From Elusimicrobiota bacterium (lineage in GTDB: Bacteria; Elusimicrobiota; Elusimicrobia; UBA1565), in NCBI GenBank assembly GCA_043819795.1, contig JBDREN010000027.1, positions 1 through 11,363 of the forward strand: DNA of 11,363 nucleotides, in the 5' to 3' direction. Shown here piece after piece: positions 6,233 through 11,363 of the stretch. The position numbers were made by a program, and so were the translations under genes. A model generated the notes under the pieces. The model did no database searches, was not told the origin of the DNA, and saw nothing but the letters and a program-made list of their open reading frames with translations. Each line of letters begins with the position of its first letter. Within the stretch, counting starts at the first letter, position 1.

Positions 6233-8559
6233 GATTTGTGGGACAACCGGTCGGGAGGATAGACGGGCTGGAGAAGGTCACCGGCGCGGCGAGGTTCGTG
6301 GACGACCTCGATTTCGGTCCCAACCTCCTCCACGCCGAGGTAGTGGAGAGCTCGCGCGCGCACGCGATCATCAAGAGCGTCGACACCCGGGAGGCCGAGA
6401 AGGTCCCGGGCGTCGTTAAGGTCGTCACGGGCAAGGACTTCCCGTACAAGTTCGGCCTCTACATGAAGGATCGCTACGTGTTCGCCCAGGACAGAGTGCG
6501 GTTCGTGGGCGAGCAGGTGGCGGCGGTCGTCGCCCGGGACGCCAAGACCGCCAAGAGGGCGGCGAAGCTCGTGAAGGTGACATATAAGGACCTTCCGCTC
6601 GTGCTGGACGCGGTGGCGGCCGTGCGCAAGGGGTCGCAGCTCGTCCATCCGAAGCTCGGCGGCTACCCGCACGTGCCGTGGTTCTTCCCGAAAGCGGGGA
6701 CGAACATCGCGCACTGGCGCAAGACCAGGAAGGGGGACCTAGCGAAGGGCTTCAAGGAGGCCGACGTCGTGCTCGAGGACACGTACCAAGTCCCCCGGTA
6801 CGCCCACTGCGCCATCGAGACCCACGTGATCGTGGGGCTCTACGACCAGGCGGGCAGGCTGACGCTCTGGTCCGCCTCCCAGTCGCCCTACACGCAGAGG
6901 CATCTCTTCGCCGAGGCCTTGGCCCCGCTGGGCCTGTCGCACAAGGACGTCCGGGTGGTGACGCCCTACGTCGGCGGCGGCTTCGGCGGCAAGGCCGGCG
7001 TCTCCATGGAGATCATCGGCGCGGCCCTGGCCACGGCCGTGAAGGGATGTCCCGTCAAGGTGAGGTGGACGCGGGAGCGGGAGTTCTACAACACCTACCA
7101 GCGGCAGGGGGTGACGGCCAGGATCAAGATGGGGGCCAAGAAGGACGGCACGATCACCGCGATCGAGCATACGCTGCATTGGGACGCGGGCGCTTACGTG
7201 GAGTACGGCGCCAACGTGGTGAACGCGGTCGGGCTGTCGGCCACCGGCCCCTACCGGATCCCGAACGTCAAGATAGACTCCCTGTGCGTATACACAAACC
7301 TCCCTCCCGGAGGGCCGTACCGGGGCTTCGGCTACTCGGAGTTCCATTTCGGGCTGGAGTCGCACGTGACCAGGCTCGCCAAGAAGATCGGCATGGACCC
7401 CGTGGCCTTCCGGAAGAAGAACGCGATCCGGGAGGGCGACACCTTGGCCTACGGCGCCAAGATGAACCCGAGCGGGCTCCACGAGGCCATAGACCGGGTC
7501 GCGGCCGAGATCGGATGGGGCAAGAAAGAGAAGCCGTCCGCTCCCGGCAAGGTGGTGGGCAAGGGCTTCTCGCTCATGTGGAAGGCTCCGGCCATGCCGC
7601 CCAACGCGGCTTCGGGGGCGTTCCTGAAGTTCAACGAGGACGGGAGCGTCAACGTGATGGTGTCGGGGATGGAGATCGGCCAGGGCTACCTGACGGTCAT
7701 GGCCCAGATCGCGGCCGAGGTCCTCTCCGTGCCGCCCGATAAGATCCGGGTCGAGACCCCGGACACCGACAGGAACGCCTACGAGTGGCAGACGGTGGGC
7801 TCCCACGTGACCTGGGGCTGCGGAAACGCCGTGAAGAAGGCCGCGATCGAGGCGAGGGACAAGATCTTCGACCTGATCCAGCGGGCCCATGGCCTGGACC
7901 GGAACACCCTCTACCTGGAGGACGAGAAGGTCAAGTGCATCACGGACCCGGGCTTCGCGATCCCCCTCAAGGACTTCGTCATCAACGGCATCATGGCCCC
8001 GGACGGGACCTTCATGGGCGGGCCCATCATGGCGAGCGGCATGTTCATGCCCGAGTTCTCCTCGGCTTTGAGCGATCCCGAGACGAGCCAGGGCGGCCAC
8101 CCGAACGTGCACTACACGGTCGGGGCCGCGGCCGCGACCGTGGAGATCGACAAGGAGACCGGCAAGATGAAGGTCCTCAAGGCGGTGCTCGCAGTGGACG
8201 TGGGCAAGGCCATCAATCCCGACCTGGTCAACGGCCAGATCATCGGGGGCATGGTGCAGGGCCTGGCCACGGTGCTCTACGAGGACATGCGGTTCAACGC
8301 GAAGGGGAGGCTCCTCAACCCCAACTTCATGGACTACAAGATCCCGACCGCCCTGGACATACCGGATAAGATCGTCCCGATCATCATCGAGACGCCCCAG
8401 CCGGACGGGCCCTTCGGGGCCAGGGGCGTGGGGGAGCACACCATGATCCCCGCGGCCGCCATCGTAGCCAACGCGGTGGAGAGCGCTCTCGGGCTCAGGA
8501 TCAAGTCCATGCCCATCACCGCGGAGAAGGTCGCGCTGACCCTCCACAAGAAGGCGTAG
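6229..8559 (+). CDS. Xanthine dehydrogenase-family molybdoenzyme, molybdopterin-binding large subunit, 776 aa
   Basis: RIDGLEKVTGAARFVDD, VRFVGEQVAAV, GGGFGGK, GPYRIPN, PYRGFG, EIGQG, TVGS, DVGKAINP...GQIIGG, DYKIPT and GPFGARGVGE (catalytic Glu at 8434-8436). ATGA overlap with the Fe-S gene. Confidence 0.95.
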   Translation: MRFVGQPVGRIDGLEKVTGAARFVDDLDFGPNLLHAEVVESSRAHAIIKSVDTREAEKVPGVVKVVTGKDFPYKFGLYMKDRYVFAQDRVRFVGEQVAAVVARDAKTAKRAAKLVKVTYKDLPLVLDAVAAVRKGSQLVHPKLGGYPHVPWFFPKAGTNIAHWRKTRKGDLAKGFKEADVVLEDTYQVPRYAHCAIETHVIVGLYDQAGRLTLWSASQSPYTQRHLFAEALAPLGLSHKDVRVVTPYVGGGFGGKAGVSMEIIGAALATAVKGCPVKVRWTREREFYNTYQRQGVTARIKMGAKKDGTITAIEHTLHWDAGAYVEYGANVVNAVGLSATGPYRIPNVKIDSLCVYTNLPPGGPYRGFGYSEFHFGLESHVTRLAKKIGMDPVAFRKKNAIREGDTLAYGAKMNPSGLHEAIDRVAAEIGWGKKEKPSAPGKVVGKGFSLMWKAPAMPPNAASGAFLKFNEDGSVNVMVSGMEIGQGYLTVMAQIAAEVLSVPPDKIRVETPDTDRNAYEWQTVGSHVTWGCGNAVKKAAIEARDKIFDLIQRAHGLDRNTLYLEDEKVKCITDPGFAIPLKDFVINGIMAPDGTFMGGPIMASGMFMPEFSSALSDPETSQGGHPNVHYTVGAAAATVEIDKETGKMKVLKAVLAVDVGKAINPDLVNGQIIGGMVQGLATVLYEDMRFNAKGRLLNPNFMDYKIPTALDIPDKIVPIIIETPQPDGPFGARGVGEHTMIPAAAIVANAVESALGLRIKSMPITAEKVALTLHKKA

Positions 8560-8564
8560 TATCA

Positions 8565-8608
8565 CCGGGACGCTGGATTTCCCCCCGGCGGGAAAACCAG
8601 CGTCCCGG
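8565..8608 (+). terminator. Strong stem-loop directly after the operon (terminator or 3' stabilising hairpin)
   Basis: CCGGGACGCTGG (8565-8576) pairs with CCAGCGTCCCGG (8597-8608) and extends with TTTCCC/GGGAAA after one mismatch, giving 18 of 19 bp. It begins 5 nt after the stop codon. The U-tail is poor (CTTCCC). Confidence 0.55.
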
Positions 8609-8732
8609 CTTCCCACCAAACGGCCGGCAGGCGCGCGAGTCCGTTGAGCCGCGCACGCCGGCCGCCAACGCCCGACCAGAGGTCGCCCGGCACGGCGCCC
8701 CTGCCGGGGTCGACGCCGCGCCAGCGGCCTCC

Positions 8733-8838
8733 GTAAACATTCAGTGAACCCATAGCTGCCCGTCGATAACCTTGGAGCTCTGGAGGTTTCTGAGGCAGGT
8801 TCGCTCGTCGGAGCGGGATGGGTTCAGTGAATGTTTAC
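8733..8838. mobile_element. 106-bp miniature inverted-repeat transposable element (MITE) with IS66-family-like ends
   Basis: Left TIR GTAAACATTCAGTGAACCCAT (8733-8753) and right TIR ATGGGTTCAGTGAATGTTTAC (8818-8838) match at 20 of 21 positions. The element is flanked by an exact 8-bp direct repeat CGGCCTCC (8725-8732 and 8839-8846). It has no coding capacity. Confidence 0.88.
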
Positions 8839-8850
8839 CGGCCTCCGGGC

Positions 8851-8956
8851 GTCATTTTCTTTCTGACAAAATAAAAATTTACGCATTTTAAAGCAGTATT
8901 TCTATATGAATGTCAGCGTCTTGTCCTTGACTTGGGAGCGCATCTGGGGTCATCCT
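8851..8956 (+). promoter_or_regulatory. AT-rich promoter region for the secreted-protein genes
   Basis: Markedly AT-rich tract at 8855-8911 in a GC-rich background. Candidate -35 TTGACT (8927-8932) and weak -10 CATCCT (8951-8956) with an 18-bp spacer. Confidence 0.45.
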
Positions 8957-9024
8957 ATTCGTGACCGGCTGCCGCTCGGCGGCGGAGCCCGGGTCTTTCT
9001 AGTTTGACGCATGGAGAAACGAAA

Positions 9025-11016
9025 ATGAAGATCGCAAGCGAAGTCTTTGGCTCGGCTAAGACCGGTGCGGCCATCGCGGCTCTTGTCATCGCGGCGGCTA
9101 CGGCTTTTTCATGTCCCGGCGCGGCCCTCGCGCAGGACTGCTGCACCATCACGGGAACGGTGAGCTCGGGCGGGCTTCCCGCGGCGAGCGCCAGCGTCTA
9201 CTTCTTTCTGGGAGGCGCGCACGTCACAACATCCTGGGCCGACGGCGACGGCCGTTACGAGGCATTGCTGAGCGAGCCGGGCGACTACGAGGTCATCGTG
9301 GGCTACAAGGGAGCGGGCTACGACTTCTCGCTCACGATGCCCGCGGAGGGCAGCGCGGTGTTCGATATGGACGTCACGCCGAACCTCACCGGGACCGTGA
9401 CCTCGGGCGGGCTTCCCGCGGCGAGCGCCCCTGTCTATTTCTACCTGGAGGGCGAGCACGTCACGACATCCTGGACCGACGGCGACGGCCGTTACGAGGC
9501 ATTGCTGAGCGAGCCGGGCGACTACGAGGTCATCGTGGGGTACCAAGGAGCGGGCTACGACTTCTCGCTCACGATGCCCGCGGAGGGCAGCGTGGTGGTC
9601 GACATGGACGTCGCGGCCAACCGCACGGGGACGGTGACCTCGGGAGGGCTCCCCGCGGCGAGCGCCAGGATCCACTTCTTGCTGGGCGGCGAGCAGGTCA
9701 CGGTGTCCTACGCCGACGGCGACGGCCGTTACGAGGCATTGCTGAGCGAGCCGGGCGACTACGAGGTCATCGTGGGCTACAAAGGAGCGGGCTACGACTT
9801 CTCGCTCACGATGCCCGCGGAGGGAAGCGCGGTGTTCGATATGGACGTCACGCCGAACCTCACAGGGACGGTGAGCTCGGGCGGGCTTCCCGCGGCGAGC
9901 GCCCCTGTCCATTTCTACCTGGGGGGCGAGCACGTCACGACATCCTGGACCGACGGCGACGGCCGCTATGAGGCCCTGCTTCCGGAGCCGGGCGACTACG
10001 AGGTCATCGTGGGCTACAAGGGAGCGGGCTACGACTTTTCGCTCACGATGCCCGCGGAGGGCAGCGTGGTGTTCGATATGTCCCTCGCGCCGAACCTCAC
10101 CGGGACGGTGAGCTCGGGCGGGCTTCCCGCGGCGAACACCCCTGTCTATTTCTACCTGGGGGGCGAGCACGTCACGACATCCTGGACCGACGGGGACGGC
10201 CGTTACGAGGCCTTGCTGAGCGAGCCGGGCGACTACGAGGTCGTGATGTCGTACGCGGGGGAATCGACGCGCCTCTGGGTCACTATGGCCGCCGGACAGA
10301 CCCTGATCGTCGACTTTCCGCCCAACACCCCCTCCGGCGCCGACGTCGTGGTGGAACCCGACGAGGATACCACACTGACCTTCGAGGAGATAACCGGCGA
10401 CGGCACCACGACGGTCGAGGAGACCACGGGAGGCCAGCCCCCGCCCGCCGGGTTCAAGCTGCTCAAGGACTACTACGAGATGACCACGACCGCGCAGTAT
10501 TCCGGCCCTATTGAGATATCGATCGCCTACGACGACACCGGCTTGGGCAACAGGGAGAGGGGTCTCAAGCTAATGCATCTGGAGGGCGGGGAGTGGGTGA
10601 ACGTGACCACCTACCTGGACATGGACAACAACGTCATCTACGGCGAGGTGAGCCACCTGTCGCAGTTCGCCATTATGGAGAGGGATGCGATACAAGCCGC
10701 GGTGGACATCGACCCGGACACCCTGAACCTGAACAGCCAGGGAAGGTGGGTCACCTGCACCATCACGCTTGCCGAGGGCTATGACGCCGCCGGGATCGAG
10801 CCCGGCACGGTCCTCCTGGAGGGCGAGATCGGGGCCTCCAGGTGGGACTATGAGGACGGCGTCCTGACGGTCAAGTTCGAGAGGGCCGCGCTCGCGGACA
10901 TGCTCCAAGCCGGAGACTCGGTGGAGCTGACCGTGACCGGCGACATAACCGGCGGGCCCGCGTTCGAGGGAAGCGACATCATAAGGGTGATCGCCAAAGG
11001 CGGCGGGAGGAAGTGA
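9025..11016 (+). CDS. Secreted/surface protein, 663 aa: signal peptide, five carboxypeptidase-regulatory-like beta-sandwich repeats, GPS/GAIN-like HLSxFA domain, C-terminal Ig-like domain
   Basis: ATG at 9025 follows GGAG (9013-9016). Hydrophobic signal peptide ending ALA|QD. Repeats have the pattern (I/L)TGTV...A.V......TD.DGRY....PGDYEV.V, typical of CarboxypepD_reg/transthyretin-like folds. The mature protein is acidic, with no transmembrane, LPXTG or PEP-CTERM tail. Confidence 0.88.
   Translation: MKIASEVFGSAKTGAAIAALVIAAATAFSCPGAALAQDCCTITGTVSSGGLPAASASVYFFLGGAHVTTSWADGDGRYEALLSEPGDYEVIVGYKGAGYDFSLTMPAEGSAVFDMDVTPNLTGTVTSGGLPAASAPVYFYLEGEHVTTSWTDGDGRYEALLSEPGDYEVIVGYQGAGYDFSLTMPAEGSVVVDMDVAANRTGTVTSGGLPAASARIHFLLGGEQVTVSYADGDGRYEALLSEPGDYEVIVGYKGAGYDFSLTMPAEGSAVFDMDVTPNLTGTVSSGGLPAASAPVHFYLGGEHVTTSWTDGDGRYEALLPEPGDYEVIVGYKGAGYDFSLTMPAEGSVVFDMSLAPNLTGTVSSGGLPAANTPVYFYLGGEHVTTSWTDGDGRYEALLSEPGDYEVVMSYAGESTRLWVTMAAGQTLIVDFPPNTPSGADVVVEPDEDTTLTFEEITGDGTTTVEETTGGQPPPAGFKLLKDYYEMTTTAQYSGPIEISIAYDDTGLGNRERGLKLMHLEGGEWVNVTTYLDMDNNVIYGEVSHLSQFAIMERDAIQAAVDIDPDTLNLNSQGRWVTCTITLAEGYDAAGIEPGTVLLEGEIGASRWDYEDGVLTVKFERAALADMLQAGDSVELTVTGDITGGPAFEGSDIIRVIAKGGGRK
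9148..10320 (+). repeat. Five intragenic tandem repeats with a 237-bp (79-aa) period
   Basis: Units start at 9148, 9385, 9622, 9859 and 10096. A 62-bp block is identical in units 1-3 (9241-9302, 9478-9539, 9715-9776). Unit 5 diverges after 10242. Confidence 0.97.
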
Positions 11017-11017
11017 G

Positions 11018-11363
11018 ATGGAGAGCGCAATCGAAGTCTTCGGTGTGGCGAGGAGCAGGCATGCGGTCGCGGGGCTTTTGGCGGCCGCGGGTTTGGCATT
11101 CTCGTGTCTCGGGACCGTGGCGGCCCAGCAGTCATGCACCCTGACGGGGACGGTGACCTCGGGCGGGCTTCCCGCATATCCTGCCGCGCTCGGGTTCTAT
11201 CTGGACGGCCAGCGCGTCAGCTCGTCCTACACGGACAGCGAGGGTCATTACACGGCCGTGCTCACCGAGCCGGGCGAGTACCAGATCGGGGTATTGTACA
11301 AAGGATCATCGTCCGGCTTTTGGATCACGATGGTCGCCGGGCAGAGCCAGGTGTTCGATATGG
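11018..11363 (+). CDS. Paralogous secreted repeat protein, 5' part only (truncated by the window end)
   Basis: ATG at 11018, 1 nt after the upstream stop, with SD GGGAGG at 11005-11010. Open to the window end: MESAIEVFGVARSRHAVAGLLAAAGLAFSCLGTVAAQQSCTLTGTVTSGGLPAYPAALGFYLDGQRVSSSYTDSEGHYTAVLTEPGEYQIGVLYKGSSSGFWITMVAGQSQVFDM. Homologous to the signal peptide and repeat of the upstream gene. Confidence 0.9.
   Translation, partial: MESAIEVFGVARSRHAVAGLLAAAGLAFSCLGTVAAQQSCTLTGTVTSGGLPAYPAALGFYLDGQRVSSSYTDSEGHYTAVLTEPGEYQIGVLYKGSSSGFWITMVAGQSQVFDM

Noticed and set aside
4857..8559. Aerobic CO dehydrogenase coxMSL (same M-S-L gene order)
   Set aside because: The active-site loop is PYRGFG, not AYxCSFR (form I) or AYxGAGR (form II), and no cox accessory genes are present.
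219..8619. Long minus-strand and alternate-frame ORFs (e.g. 822-2438, 2435-3889, 3787-4704, 4659-5657, 6739-8619, 6678-7742)
   Set aside because: Shadow ORFs of high-GC3 genes. They overlap well-supported family genes and show no recognisable motifs.
9025..9144. Lipoprotein signal at AFSC
   Set aside because: AFSC is a poor match to [LVI][ASTVI][GAS]C, and a good signal peptidase I site (ALA|Q, VAA|Q in the paralog) follows. Not fully excluded because the Cys is conserved in both paralogs.
8516..9152. Small minus-strand ORFs in the intergenic region (8516-8740, 8562-8753, 8955-9152)
   Set aside because: They run through hairpins, the MITE end or the antisense of a signal peptide, and show no recognisable protein features.
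9148..10320. CRISPR array or diversity-generating retroelement TR/VR pair
   Set aside because: The repeats are in-frame 237-bp coding units without unique spacers. The differences are not adenine-specific, and no reverse transcriptase or cas gene is in the window.
9109..11177. Repetitive ORFs 9109-10170 (-), 9111-9971 (+), 10570-11139 (-) and 10848-11177 (-)
   Set aside because: Off-frame or antisense readings of the repeat protein and its paralog.

Overview
High-GC prokaryotic, most likely bacterial, window in which all credible genes lie on the + strand, forming two blocks. Block 1 (about 172-8559) is a tightly coupled seven-gene catabolic operon: DUF2877 (YahE/YlbF-like), FdrA/YahF acyl-CoA-synthetase-like protein, DUF1116 (YahG/YlbE-like), a cyclase-family (KynB/isatin hydrolase-like) metallo-amidohydrolase, and a three-subunit xanthine-oxidase-family molybdo-hydroxylase (FAD, 2x[2Fe-2S] and Mo subunits). 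The Mo subunit lacks the canonical xanthine-binding residues, so the operon is a candidate N-heterocycle/ureide degradation pathway with an unknown substrate. The following intergenic region holds several hairpins and a complete 106-bp MITE (21-bp GTAA-terminated inverted repeats, 8-bp target duplication, IS66-like). Block 2 (9025-end) is a pair of tandem paralogous secreted proteins. The first has five 79-aa beta-sandwich repeats, a domain ending in a GPS/GAIN-like HLSQFAIM autoproteolysis-type motif and an Ig-like C-terminal domain. The second starts at 11018, is missing from the ORF track and is cut off by the window edge. All family assignments come from recognised motifs; no database search was run.
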